Shown here piece by piece: positions 17,553 to 26,655 of a stretch of DNA of 64,000 nucleotides (position 1 is the stretch's first letter; each line of letters begins with the position of its first letter). Below the pieces are notes generated by a model. That model was not told the origin of the DNA. It did not search any database and saw nothing but the letters and a program-made list of their open reading frames with translations. The stretch covers positions 44,797 through 108,796 of the forward strand of contig CAKUWY010000006.1 of NCBI GenBank assembly GCA_934699585.1. The letters are read 5' to 3'. This stretch comes from an uncultured Fibrobacter sp. GTDB lineage: Bacteria; Fibrobacterota; Fibrobacteria; Fibrobacterales; Fibrobacteraceae. A program made the translations under genes and the position numbers.

Positions 17553-19947
17553 CTTTATTTCTATACGCGGCTGCAGGTTGCACAACCTGAAAAACGTGGA
17601 CGCCCAGTTCCCGCTGGGTAGCGTGACTGTCGTTTGCGGACCTTCGGGCTGCGGAAAGTCCACCCTGGTGCTGGACACCCTCCACGGGGAATCCAAGAGG
17701 CGCTACCTGGAAACCCTCTCCCCCTTCGCCGCGGACTTTTTAGGCGGATGCAGGGTGATTCCCCTGGAGTCTGCCGAGAACCTCCCGGCAAGTATCGCCG
17801 TCGAGGCCTGCCACGGAGAGACCACCACCAAGTCCTACGCCCTGTCCCTTTCGGAATGCGACGCACCGCTCCGGACACTTTTCGCCCCACTGGCCACCCC
17901 TGCCTGCCCCATTTGCGGCAAGCCCATGGAGATGACCTCGCGGGAACAGATTATACAGATCATCGCCCAGATGCCTACGGGCAGTAAAATTCAATTTCTG
18001 GCCACCGTAGAGACAAAAAAACAGAACCTGGACAAGCTTTCGGCCCTGTTCCTTTCCCAGGGCTACACCCGGGCCATGGCTGACGGCGATACCGTCTCCC
18101 TGGGGGACCTGACCGAAGAGCAAAAGAAGGTGCGGCCCAAGGTTTTCCAGATTGTGGTGGACCGGGTTATCGTCAGGGAAAATTCCCGCACGAGAATCGC
18201 CGAAGCGGTGGACGCCACGCTGAAGCTCACCCACCATAAGGTGGTCCTACTTACAGAAAACGGAGTTGCGGAATACAGCACCGTTCCTCACTGCAAGGAC
18301 CACAAAGAGGCAGAAGCTCCCGTTCTCCACGAAAGGATGTTTTCCCCCTATTCCCGGGAAGGGGCGTGCCCCGAATGTAAAGGAGCCGGAGTGGACGAAT
18401 CCGGAGAGACCTGCGGCCACTGCGAAGGCCTTAGGCTCCAAAAGTTCCTGCTGAATTCGGGAATCGTGACCGAAAATGCGTCAGGCAATTTCGTGTCCTG
18501 GAGGCAGATTCTGGAGACACCCTTCCAGAATCTGGGCGGACTCCTCCGAGATACCTTGAGCAAGAAAATTTCCAAGGGCAAAGCTCCCGTGCTAAACGCC
18601 CTGCTGGACCGTATTGACGCCATCAACCAGCTTGGAATCGGCTACCTGACACCTGGGCGCTCTGGAGCCACACTTTCGGGTGGCGAAATCCAACGGTTAA
18701 GGCTTTCCAGCCTTTCTACGGGGCTTCTGAACGGACTTTTGATCTGCCTGGACGAACCTGCAAGCGGGCTCCACAGCAACGACGTGGAAAAACTCTGGAA
18801 CGTGCTCCGGCAGATTCGGGACCGGGGGAACACGCTGGTACTTATCGACCACAACCCCTCCCTCATCCAGAAGGCGGACTGGATTATCGAAATGGGTCCC
18901 GGCGCCGGAGAAAAAGGCGGAGAGATTCTGTTCCAGGGCAAGGCGAAGGATGTGCTGGAAAATCCGGAATCGCCTACGGGAAAGTGGATTAGGGAGTTAT
19001 CACATCGTCATCCCCGCGAAGGCGGGGATCTCCCTTCAAAAGCCCCAAAAAGAGATTCCCGATCGGTGCCGGGAATGACAAAAGGTAAGTCCCGTCGTGC
19101 AACCGCATCCATCGCCATCGAAAATTTTTCCATGTTCGACATGAATCCGGTGACGGCGAATTTTCCCACCCAGAAGTTCAGCGTCATCACCGGACAAAGC
19201 GGCAGCGGAAAATCCACCCTGTTCTTCAAGAACCTGGTCCCCCGTGCAGAAAAAGGAGAATTCCAGAACCTGGGCATAGAAACCCTGTCCGTGCTTTCGA
19301 CAGGAGATTTCCACGGCAATCGGCGAAGCACCGTGGCCTCGGCCATCAACCTGGGCCCGCAACTCCGTGACCTGTTCGCAAAACTCCCCGAAAGCAAGGT
19401 CCGTGGCTACACCGCTGCAAAATTCGCCACCCACGCTCCCGGAGGCCGGTGCGAAAACTGCAAGGGCGAAGGCGTCATCTTTGACCCGGCCGGCTACGAG
19501 GAATCGGAATGCCCCGTATGCCTGGGCAGGCGTTTCAAGGACGAAATCCTGGAAGTCCGTTTCAAGAGCCTTTCCATCGCCGACATCTACGACCTGGAAA
19601 TCGGCGAAGCCTACAAACTGTTCACCAACCTGAAGCCCTTTGCCGACAAGCTGAAACCTCTTGTGGATACAGGCCTGGACTACCTGAAGCTGGGGCAGAC
19701 CACGGCCCACCTTTCAGGTGGGGAACGGGCAAGGCTTCGGCTCTCTATTGCCCTTGCCCGTGCGAAGGCTCCCAACACGTTGTTCCTTTTTGACGAACCT
19801 GCGCGTGGGCTGCACCAAAACGACATCCGCCATCTGTTGGACCTGATTCGCGGACTTACCGAGGCGGGCCACACCGTTATTGCCATCGAACACGCCCAGG
19901 ACTTCGTAAACGCAGCCGACTACGTGCTGGAACTGAAACGGGGGTAA
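17539..19947 (+). CDS. UvrA-family ABC ATPase, class-II-like paralog (shorter than canonical UvrA)
   Basis: MNKPSFISIRGCRLHNLKNVD..VVCGPSGCGKSTL; Zn modules CPICG.., CPECKGAGV..CGHCEG, CENCKGEG..CPVCLG; second Walker A GQSGSGKST; signature LSGGE twice. Start ATG 17539 overlaps the yihY end by 14 nt; the track ORF starts at 17401. Confidence 0.8.
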   Translation: MNKPSFISIRGCRLHNLKNVDAQFPLGSVTVVCGPSGCGKSTLVLDTLHGESKRRYLETLSPFAADFLGGCRVIPLESAENLPASIAVEACHGETTTKSYALSLSECDAPLRTLFAPLATPACPICGKPMEMTSREQIIQIIAQMPTGSKIQFLATVETKKQNLDKLSALFLSQGYTRAMADGDTVSLGDLTEEQKKVRPKVFQIVVDRVIVRENSRTRIAEAVDATLKLTHHKVVLLTENGVAEYSTVPHCKDHKEAEAPVLHERMFSPYSREGACPECKGAGVDESGETCGHCEGLRLQKFLLNSGIVTENASGNFVSWRQILETPFQNLGGLLRDTLSKKISKGKAPVLNALLDRIDAINQLGIGYLTPGRSGATLSGGEIQRLRLSSLSTGLLNGLLICLDEPASGLHSNDVEKLWNVLRQIRDRGNTLVLIDHNPSLIQKADWIIEMGPGAGEKGGEILFQGKAKDVLENPESPTGKWIRELSHRHPREGGDLPSKAPKRDSRSVPGMTKGKSRRATASIAIENFSMFDMNPVTANFPTQKFSVITGQSGSGKSTLFFKNLVPRAEKGEFQNLGIETLSVLSTGDFHGNRRSTVASAINLGPQLRDLFAKLPESKVRGYTAAKFATHAPGGRCENCKGEGVIFDPAGYEESECPVCLGRRFKDEILEVRFKSLSIADIYDLEIGEAYKLFTNLKPFADKLKPLVDTGLDYLKLGQTTAHLSGGERARLRLSIALARAKAPNTLFLFDEPARGLHQNDIRHLLDLIRGLTEAGHTVIAIEHAQDFVNAADYVLELKRG
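19007..19079. repeat. REP-like hairpin doublet (tail-to-tail) lying in frame inside the uvrA-paralog ORF
   Basis: GTCATCCCCGCgaagGCGGGGATC (19007-19030) and, inverted, GATTCCCGatcggtgcCGGGAATGAC (19054-19079). Translated as ..RHPREGGDLPSKAPKRDSRSVPGMT.. in the linker between the two ABC halves. Confidence 0.7.
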
Positions 19948-19949
19948 AG

Positions 19950-21308
19950 ATGTTTGCGGCCGAACTGTTGACATCCCCGCAAGTCCAGGAATTCATCCAA
20001 GTCGCCATCAAGCGTAGGCTAGATGCATTGCAGATTTCTACAGCCTTGAACAAGGCGAGCTACAACAACGAAGACCGTGCCGCCATCATGGATTACATGG
20101 CCCTGTTGCCGAAAATTCAAGAAAAGTTCGGTTGTCTGCTCGTAAACGACAAGAATAAATTTCTCCTGTGCGACAAACTGGCCCTGGAACAGAGCACTGC
20201 CCAGGACATTGGCCGCTGGAAGGCGAACCTGTGGTCTGCAGGTAACGATGGCGACGGCGGCAAATCCGGCACAAGTACCGTCCACGACCTCTGTTGCGGC
20301 ATGGGAGGCGACAGTTTCTTTATACCAGCCTCTTTCAAGGTTGTCGGTGTCGATCTGGACGAAAACCGCATCGCCATGTACCGTCACAACATGGAAACCA
20401 TCGGAAAAACTGCAGAAGTTATCTGCGGCGACGTGCGGGAGGTCGCAAAAATAAGGGAGATGCCCGCCTCCGCGGGCATGACAAATACAGAATTTTTCAC
20501 CATTGATCCGGCTCGCCGGGCCCTGGAAGGCGAAAACCAGCGTGACCTACGGAACCTCACGCCCACCCTGGAAGAAGTGGTTGAAATCAGCAAGCTTTAC
20601 CAGGGCGGCATGGTCAAGCTACCTCCGGGATACCCACCCGCAGAAATTCCCGACGGAACGGAAATCCTGTATCTGGGCGGACATTCGGACTGCAGGGAAT
20701 GCCTGGTGCTATTCGGGAGCCTTGCGAAAAATCCAGACACGGTCCGCGCCGTGATGATCGGCAAGGACGGCAAGGCCCTTGCCGAATGGAGCCGCCCGCG
20801 GGACCGTTCGCTCGAAACTCTGGACGAAGACCTCCAAGAAAAGCTGGACCGAAACGATTCCCTGGAAGGGAAAGACCGTACCTACCGCACATCCACCAGC
20901 AGGAGCGACCTGCCTATCGGTGAAATTGCCCGTTACCTCTCAGAACCGGCACCCGTCTTGATTCGAAGCCACCTGTTCAACGTAGCCGCCCTCACCTGCG
21001 ACCCGCAAGCTCACCTGATTTCGGAGGGCATCGCCTACGTGGCTAGCGACTTGCCGCTCCCGGCACCCGGATTTACCTGCTACGAGATTGTCGCCCATTC
21101 AGAAATCTCCACCGGGGCTGTACGCGCCATGCTCAAGGAACACGACATCGGTAAAATCACCTTGAAGTTGCGGGGTGTCAAACTGGATCCCGACACCGAA
21201 ATCAAGCGCCTGAAGCCAAAGGGCAAGAAATCAGCCATACTGTTCTACACCCGCGCCGCCGGCGAAAAAATTGCGTTATTGAGCTTAGATCATCGATTTA
21301 CTTTTTAA
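19950..21308 (+). CDS. Class I SAM-dependent methyltransferase with THUMP-like C-terminal region
   Basis: SAM motif I ..VHDLCCGMGGDSFF... 452 aa. Starts 2 nt after the uvrA-paralog stop. Confidence 0.6.
   Translation: MFAAELLTSPQVQEFIQVAIKRRLDALQISTALNKASYNNEDRAAIMDYMALLPKIQEKFGCLLVNDKNKFLLCDKLALEQSTAQDIGRWKANLWSAGNDGDGGKSGTSTVHDLCCGMGGDSFFIPASFKVVGVDLDENRIAMYRHNMETIGKTAEVICGDVREVAKIREMPASAGMTNTEFFTIDPARRALEGENQRDLRNLTPTLEEVVEISKLYQGGMVKLPPGYPPAEIPDGTEILYLGGHSDCRECLVLFGSLAKNPDTVRAVMIGKDGKALAEWSRPRDRSLETLDEDLQEKLDRNDSLEGKDRTYRTSTSRSDLPIGEIARYLSEPAPVLIRSHLFNVAALTCDPQAHLISEGIAYVASDLPLPAPGFTCYEIVAHSEISTGAVRAMLKEHDIGKITLKLRGVKLDPDTEIKRLKPKGKKSAILFYTRAAGEKIALLSLDHRFTF
20459..20482 (-). repeat. REP-like hairpin inside the methyltransferase ORF
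   Basis: GATGCCCGCctccGCGGGCATGAC has an 8-bp stem and is translated in frame as ..EMPASAGMT... Confidence 0.65.
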
Positions 21309-21391
21309 TAGATTCTTTTTTGCGAACATTCATTTGGATAAACAAAACCAATTTCTATATTCACACTCTAAAAAGATTTGAGGAAAATAAA

Positions 21392-22780
21392 ATGAAAAAA
21401 ATTTGGCTATTTACCTTGTTTACGCTCTATCTTTGCGCTTGTTCTGAAAATTCAAATTCATCGGAATTTCAAGACGAATCAAGTTCCTCATACGACAACT
21501 CAGCGTTCTGCTACGACGAATACGGCTTTACGAAAAAAAATGGTTGGACTAGAGACATTTCCGATAGTAGCTATATCATTGACTACGTCTGCGACCACAT
21601 GTCGCAACATATGCGAAATATGTTTTCCTTCTATGCAAGATGCGTATCATCCAGTTACAACAAATCAGAAAACCGCATTGACATGAAGGTCTCCACAGAA
21701 AGCGGCTACAAATATATATGGGCAGAACTTGATGGATGTAAATACAAAATCGGAAGCGACGGGGATTTTAAGGCATGGGTAGCGGGATTAAGCGAATGGT
21801 CTCTCGATGACTGTCTTTGTAACGAGGAAGATTTCGCAACCTACTACAGAAAGGCATCTCCTAGCCCCGAAGACGGTAGTTCTAGCAGCCATGTTCCCGT
21901 TGAAGAAAGTTCCAACAGCAAATCGCCAGATGATGAAAGTTCTAGTTCCCTTACTCAGCCCCCTCCATCAAGCTCCGGCGGTAGAATTGTCTGTTACGAA
22001 TCGGAAACAGAATCCGCATGTATTTACGTGTACGATAGCTCCAGCAGCAATGGTTCTATAAAACCAAGTTCAAGCACTAGCGAAGTAAACACCTCACCCT
22101 ATACCTATACATACTATGGAACAGGTGACTTACACCAGAGCAGCCTAACTATCAACATCACAAGCGACTGTCTCAATGCCAAATGTTTTGAAGATTTCGA
22201 AAGCTTTGACTTTGAAAACGGTACTGTTAACTCTTACAACTCAGGAGAATCTGCATACGGCGGTAGCGGACGGTCCATCGACATCGGGAACAATCAATAC
22301 ACCGTGCTCCCTTGGCGGCTAGACAAGAAAATTAAGAACGGATCACTGGATTTCTTCTTCAAGCCAAATGCAAAATTACTTTCCTCTGACAATAAAACAA
22401 CAGCCCTTGCAGGGAACGATGGGGCACGCATGTCCGTATTCATTTATAACGGAGTCCTTTATTTTTACAAAAACATCCCCAACAACCCAATATTCCTTTC
22501 AGCCGAAGTTGACCTAAAAAACGAATGGATCCGCATTACCGCCGAATGGAACGAGGCAAACGGCGTTATAGCTCTGTTTTTAAACGGGGAGTTGATAGCC
22601 CAAAAAGACACTTACTACGGACACTACGAACCATCTTCTCGCGGAGACTACGACAACGTATTCGTCCTAGGTTACAAGAGTTCTTGCTGCATGGGGTCCA
22701 TCAGCGACGAAATGTTTGCCCAAGGTTCTTTTGACAACGTGCAAGTAGTCACACACAACATTTTCGAAATAACGGAATAA
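21392..22780 (+). CDS. Lipoprotein with Ser-rich linker and C-terminal LamG/concanavalin-A-like domain
   Basis: MKKIWLFTLFTLYLCACSENS (lipobox). C-terminal ..GSLDFFFKPNA..RMSVFIYNGVLYFYKN..WIRITAEWNEANGVIALFLNGELI.. has a LamG-like pattern. The track ORF starts earlier at 21320. Confidence 0.6.
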   Translation: MKKIWLFTLFTLYLCACSENSNSSEFQDESSSSYDNSAFCYDEYGFTKKNGWTRDISDSSYIIDYVCDHMSQHMRNMFSFYARCVSSSYNKSENRIDMKVSTESGYKYIWAELDGCKYKIGSDGDFKAWVAGLSEWSLDDCLCNEEDFATYYRKASPSPEDGSSSSHVPVEESSNSKSPDDESSSSLTQPPPSSSGGRIVCYESETESACIYVYDSSSSNGSIKPSSSTSEVNTSPYTYTYYGTGDLHQSSLTINITSDCLNAKCFEDFESFDFENGTVNSYNSGESAYGGSGRSIDIGNNQYTVLPWRLDKKIKNGSLDFFFKPNAKLLSSDNKTTALAGNDGARMSVFIYNGVLYFYKNIPNNPIFLSAEVDLKNEWIRITAEWNEANGVIALFLNGELIAQKDTYYGHYEPSSRGDYDNVFVLGYKSSCCMGSISDEMFAQGSFDNVQVVTHNIFEITE

Positions 22781-22893
22781 TGGAAAGCGAAAGAAAAGAC
22801 AACAACTATTTGTTTGATTCCGGGAATCTCTCGGAAGGCGCTCTTGAGAAAAAGCACCGCATCGAAAACGACCCCAGCGCCCGCACCAACATC

Positions 22894-24045
22894 ATGGATT
22901 ACCTGCCCGGCATGGAAGTTATCCAGTCGGACATTGCCGAGAAAGTGCTCGCCGAATCCGAGAACTACGATTACTCCAAATACACCGGCAAGGACGTGAA
23001 ACGCGCCCTGGAGCACGAACGCTGCACCTTGGAAGATTTTAAGGCTTTGCTCTCCCCCGCCGCAGCCCCCTACCTGGAACAGATGGCCGCGAAGGCGAAA
23101 ATCGAGACCAGCAAGCATTTCGGCAACAACGTCTATTTCTTCACGCCGCTCTACATCGCGAACTATTGCGAGAACTACTGCGTCTATTGCGGGTTCAATT
23201 GCTACAACCATATCAAGCGCATGCAGCTCACGATGGAGCAAATTGAGCACGAGATGAAGGTGATTGCTGACAGCGGCATGGAAGAAATCTTGATTCTCAC
23301 GGGCGAAAGCCGCGCCAAAAGCAGCGTGGAATACATTGGCGAGGCCTGCAAGCTTGCACGCAAGTATTTCCGTATGGTGGGCGTGGAAGTCTACCCGGTC
23401 AACGTGGACGAATACCGCTACCTGCACGAATGCGGCGTGGACTACGTGACTGTCTTCCAGGAAACCTACGACAAGGTGCGTTTTGAACAACTCCACCTGA
23501 TGGGTCACAAGCGCGTGTTCCCGTACCGCTTCGACTCCCAGGAACGCGCCCTCATGGCGGGCATGCGCGGTGTCGCGTTCTCCGCACTCCTCGGCCTTTC
23601 GGACTTCCGCCGCGACGCCCTTGCATCCGCACTGCACGTGTATTACCTGCAAAAGAAGTATCCCCATGCCGAAATGAGCTTAAGTTGCCCGCGGCTCCGT
23701 CCCATCATCAACAACGACAAGATTGACCCGCTGGACGTTCACGAAAAGGAACTTTGTCAGGTGCTCTGCGCTTACCGCATCTTTCTCCCGTTCGTGGGTA
23801 TTACGGTTTCCAGCCGCGAAAGCAAGGAATTCCGCAACGGCATCGTGAAAATCTGTGCGACGAAAGTCTCTGCCGGAGTATCTACGGGCATCGGCGACCA
23901 CGAGAGCAAGTACAGCGGCAAGGATGACGGCGAAGGCGGCGACGAGCAGTTCGAGATTAACGACGGCCGCAGCTTCAACGCCATGTACTCAGACATTTCC
24001 GGCGAAGGGTTGCAGCCGGTATTGAACGATTATCTGTACGTGTAG
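22894..24045 (+). CDS. thiH: 2-iminoacetate synthase ThiH (radical SAM)
   Basis: Radical SAM triad CENYCVYCGF and ..LLSPAAAPYLEQMAAKAK.., as in ThiH. Start chosen at ATG 22894 by spacing to the LLSPAA motif. The track ORF begins at 22780, overlapping the upstream stop. Confidence 0.8.
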   Translation: MDYLPGMEVIQSDIAEKVLAESENYDYSKYTGKDVKRALEHERCTLEDFKALLSPAAAPYLEQMAAKAKIETSKHFGNNVYFFTPLYIANYCENYCVYCGFNCYNHIKRMQLTMEQIEHEMKVIADSGMEEILILTGESRAKSSVEYIGEACKLARKYFRMVGVEVYPVNVDEYRYLHECGVDYVTVFQETYDKVRFEQLHLMGHKRVFPYRFDSQERALMAGMRGVAFSALLGLSDFRRDALASALHVYYLQKKYPHAEMSLSCPRLRPIINNDKIDPLDVHEKELCQVLCAYRIFLPFVGITVSSRESKEFRNGIVKICATKVSAGVSTGIGDHESKYSGKDDGEGGDEQFEINDGRSFNAMYSDISGEGLQPVLNDYLYV

Positions 24046-24048
24046 CGG

Positions 24049-24885
24049 CTAGTACTTGTAGTCAGCACAGCCCTTCGGACCATAGGTCGAAAAACAGACT
24101 CCGTGTTCAGTGAGGAGTGCGCCCCCCGTTCCTCCCGTAGTCATCATTTTCCCACCGGCAGGAACCAACGCCACCTCTACGGTGCGGCTATGCTCGTCCA
24201 TCCCGTTCCATTGGAAATTCATCGTCAAGCGATAATTGGTATTATTTCCACCCTGTGAGGTTATTCCATCCAGGCCGGACGATTTTCCATTATTTAGTTC
24301 CCTGCTGATGAACATGGGTTCCTTGGGATAGGTACGGTAATATGTCGAACTACCCGATTTATAAGAAAATGCATAATAGGTATCACCATCTTTGGTCAAA
24401 TTCCCGCCGTTGTTTCTTGCATTAAGAATATCGGCGACACCGACAAATCCAGATTCTTTCAAGGCGTCATACCACGTTCCACTAGACCCAACCAACTTGC
24501 TCATCTCCGAACCACTATTGATGCTGGGGTGGTTGTTCTGGACATTGGTCGGAAGGTCCGGGCGCATTTCTATAACAAACAAGTCAACACCCGCTTCGCT
24601 TGCCAGTTTCGTTTTCAGTTTAGAGAGATTACCGGTGGCCTTGTCTCCAGAAGTTACAAAAGCACTATTGAACAGTGCATCTTCGTTCTCTACAAGAGCC
24701 CTATTCAGGGCGTCTCGCAAATAGAATATTTTCAGGCGGTCAATATTCTCTCGAGACCGCTCAATTGCGCCCAAAGCGATCGGGACGGCAATGCCCGCAA
24801 GCAATCCCATGATGATGATGACAACCATCACTTCGATAAGGGTAAAGCCCTTAGTGGACCTAGATGTACGAAAATCCCTAGTCAT
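24049..24885 (-). CDS. Prepilin-type N-terminal cleavage/methylation domain protein (type IV pilin-like), paralog 1
   Basis: Leader MTRDFRTSRSTKG followed by FTLIEVMVVIIIMGLLAGIAVP. C-terminal Cys pair ..HGVCFSTYGPKGCADYKY. Confidence 0.75.
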   Translation of the reverse strand: MTRDFRTSRSTKGFTLIEVMVVIIIMGLLAGIAVPIALGAIERSRENIDRLKIFYLRDALNRALVENEDALFNSAFVTSGDKATGNLSKLKTKLASEAGVDLFVIEMRPDLPTNVQNNHPSINSGSEMSKLVGSSGTWYDALKESGFVGVADILNARNNGGNLTKDGDTYYAFSYKSGSSTYYRTYPKEPMFISRELNNGKSSGLDGITSQGGNNTNYRLTMNFQWNGMDEHSRTVEVALVPAGGKMMTTGGTGGALLTEHGVCFSTYGPKGCADYKY

Positions 24886-24942
24886 AGCATTTTACCTTAC
24901 GAGTCAGATGTAAAATAAAAAATGCCGTTGAAGGTTTCAAAT

Positions 24943-24958
24943 TGCAAAAAAATTACCA
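24943..24958 (-). promoter_or_regulatory. Possible sigma54 (-24/-12) promoter upstream of pilin paralog 1
   Basis: The minus strand reads TGGTAATTTTTTTGCA versus the consensus TGGCAC-N5-TTGCW. GG/GC spacing is correct and 9 of 11 defined positions match. About 58 nt upstream of the ATG. The AT-rich context makes a chance match plausible. Confidence 0.25.
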
Positions 24959-25028
24959 AAACAAATCAAAAAAAGCGTTTTTTTAACTTACAGCACTTAA
25001 AAAAACAGGTACTTTTTTCGCGCTAAAG

Positions 25029-25874
25029 CTAATACTTGTAATTCTTACAGCCTATGGGCCCGTAGGTCGAGAAGCAAACACCGTGCTCCGTGAGAAGAGC
25101 ACTTCCTTCTCCATTTGCAGTGCTCAACTTTCCACCGTTGGGAAGCAACGCGACCTCTACGGAGTGGCTATTTTCATCTCTCCCAGTCCACTGGAAACTC
25201 ATGGTCAGACGATAATTGGACCTATTGGTACCTTGCGATGAAATACCCGACAAGCCAGAGGATTTTCCATTATTCAACTCTTTGCTGATGAACATGGGTT
25301 CCTTGGGGTAGGTTCGATAATCTGAATTGTTGTTGTAGGGAACAGAGTAAAAAGTAGCTCCGTCCTTTTTCCAATCGTCCTTAGTAGTTCTCGCAATAAG
25401 AATGTCTGCAACCCCATTAAAGCCGGATTCCTTTAGGGCATCATACCAAGTTCCACTACTCCCGACCAATGAGCTCATTTCCGAGTTCGCGTTGACACTG
25501 GCATGCTTTCCTTGCACATTGGTGGGTAGATCCGGTCGCACTTCTACAATGAACAACTGCACACCGGATTCCGATTTCAAGGCATTTCGCAACTTTGAAA
25601 GATTCTTGTCTGCGTCTTTTCCAGAAGTCACAAAGGCACTATTGTACAGGGCGTCCTCGTTTTCCACCAGAGCTCTATTCAGAGCATCCCTTAGATAGAA
25701 CAGCTTGAGGCGGTCAATATTCTCCCTTGACCTTTCAATTGCACCCAGAGCAATCGGAACGGCAATCCCGGCAAGCAAGCCCATAATGATGATAACAACC
25801 ATTACCTCAATAAGGGTAAAGCCACGCCGATTTCCTGTCGAACTACTCAAGAAGGCCCTTTCAACATTCATCAA
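25029..25874 (-). CDS. Prepilin-type N-terminal cleavage/methylation domain protein (type IV pilin-like), paralog 2
   Basis: ..STGNRRG followed by FTLIEVMVVIIIMGLLAGIAVP. C-terminal ..HGVCFSTYGPIGCKNYKY. Collinear with paralog 1. Confidence 0.75.
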   Translation of the reverse strand: MMNVERAFLSSSTGNRRGFTLIEVMVVIIIMGLLAGIAVPIALGAIERSRENIDRLKLFYLRDALNRALVENEDALYNSAFVTSGKDADKNLSKLRNALKSESGVQLFIVEVRPDLPTNVQGKHASVNANSEMSSLVGSSGTWYDALKESGFNGVADILIARTTKDDWKKDGATFYSVPYNNNSDYRTYPKEPMFISKELNNGKSSGLSGISSQGTNRSNYRLTMSFQWTGRDENSHSVEVALLPNGGKLSTANGEGSALLTEHGVCFSTYGPIGCKNYKY

Positions 25875-26016
25875 TTAAACACCTCTTCACTCCAGACGCA
25901 TTTAATATACATTTAATTTAGCATTTTGGATTTTATTAACAAAAAAAAGAGAATCCTAATTCGTCCAAGTTGCACTATATCACACCAAAAACGGATATTT
26001 TTCTACCTTTTCGGGC

Positions 26017-26655
26017 ATGATTTCCCTCGACACCACTCTCTATTTCATCACCGACAGCACCTGCGTACCCAAAAACCGTTTTTTCCAAGTACTAGAGGCC
26101 GCCTGCAGGGGCGGTGCCACCATCGTTCAGCTGCGGGAAAAAGACCGGAGTACCCGCGAATATATGGAACTAGCCCGTGCCACCCACGAAATCACCGCCC
26201 GGTACGGAATTCCGCTGATTATAGACGACCGTGTGGATGTGGCTCTCGCTATCGGAGCCGAGGGTGTTCATGTAGGGCAATCCGACATGCCTGTCCGGGA
26301 CGCCCGAAGGCTGATGGGGCCAGAAAGAATCGTCGGAGCCACCACCAAGACCGTGCCCCAGGCCCTGGAAGCCTTTGAACAAGGGGCCGATTACCTGGGC
26401 TGCGGCGCCATCTACCCCACCACAACCCACGTAAAAACCGTCATCACCCCGGTAGAAACATTAAAAGATGTGGTGAAAGCCGTACCCATTCCGGTGAATG
26501 CCATCGGCGGACTCAACAAAGAGAACATCTTCGTGCTAAAAGAATCGGGAATTGCGGGCATCTGCGTCGTCTCCGCCATCATGAAGGCCGCCGATCCGGA
26601 AGCAGCCACCAGGGAACTCAGGCAGGCGGTTCTGCATCTAGGGGCTAGGATTTAG
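26017..26655 (+). CDS. thiE: Thiamine-phosphate synthase
   Basis: ..TIVQLREKD.., ..LIIDDRVDVALAIGAEGVHVGQSD.., ..IGGL.. are ThiE motifs. 212 aa. Confidence 0.9.
   Translation: MISLDTTLYFITDSTCVPKNRFFQVLEAACRGGATIVQLREKDRSTREYMELARATHEITARYGIPLIIDDRVDVALAIGAEGVHVGQSDMPVRDARRLMGPERIVGATTKTVPQALEAFEQGADYLGCGAIYPTTTHVKTVITPVETLKDVVKAVPIPVNAIGGLNKENIFVLKESGIAGICVVSAIMKAADPEAATRELRQAVLHLGARI

Noticed and set aside
22780-22900. TPP riboswitch upstream of thiH (and upstream of thiE, 25875-26016)
   Set aside because: I looked for the conserved CUGAGA and ACCUGAUCUGGAUAAUGCCAGCG-type cores. Only a weak 'cttgaga' occurs, with no pairing partner. No convincing THI-box is present on either candidate leader.
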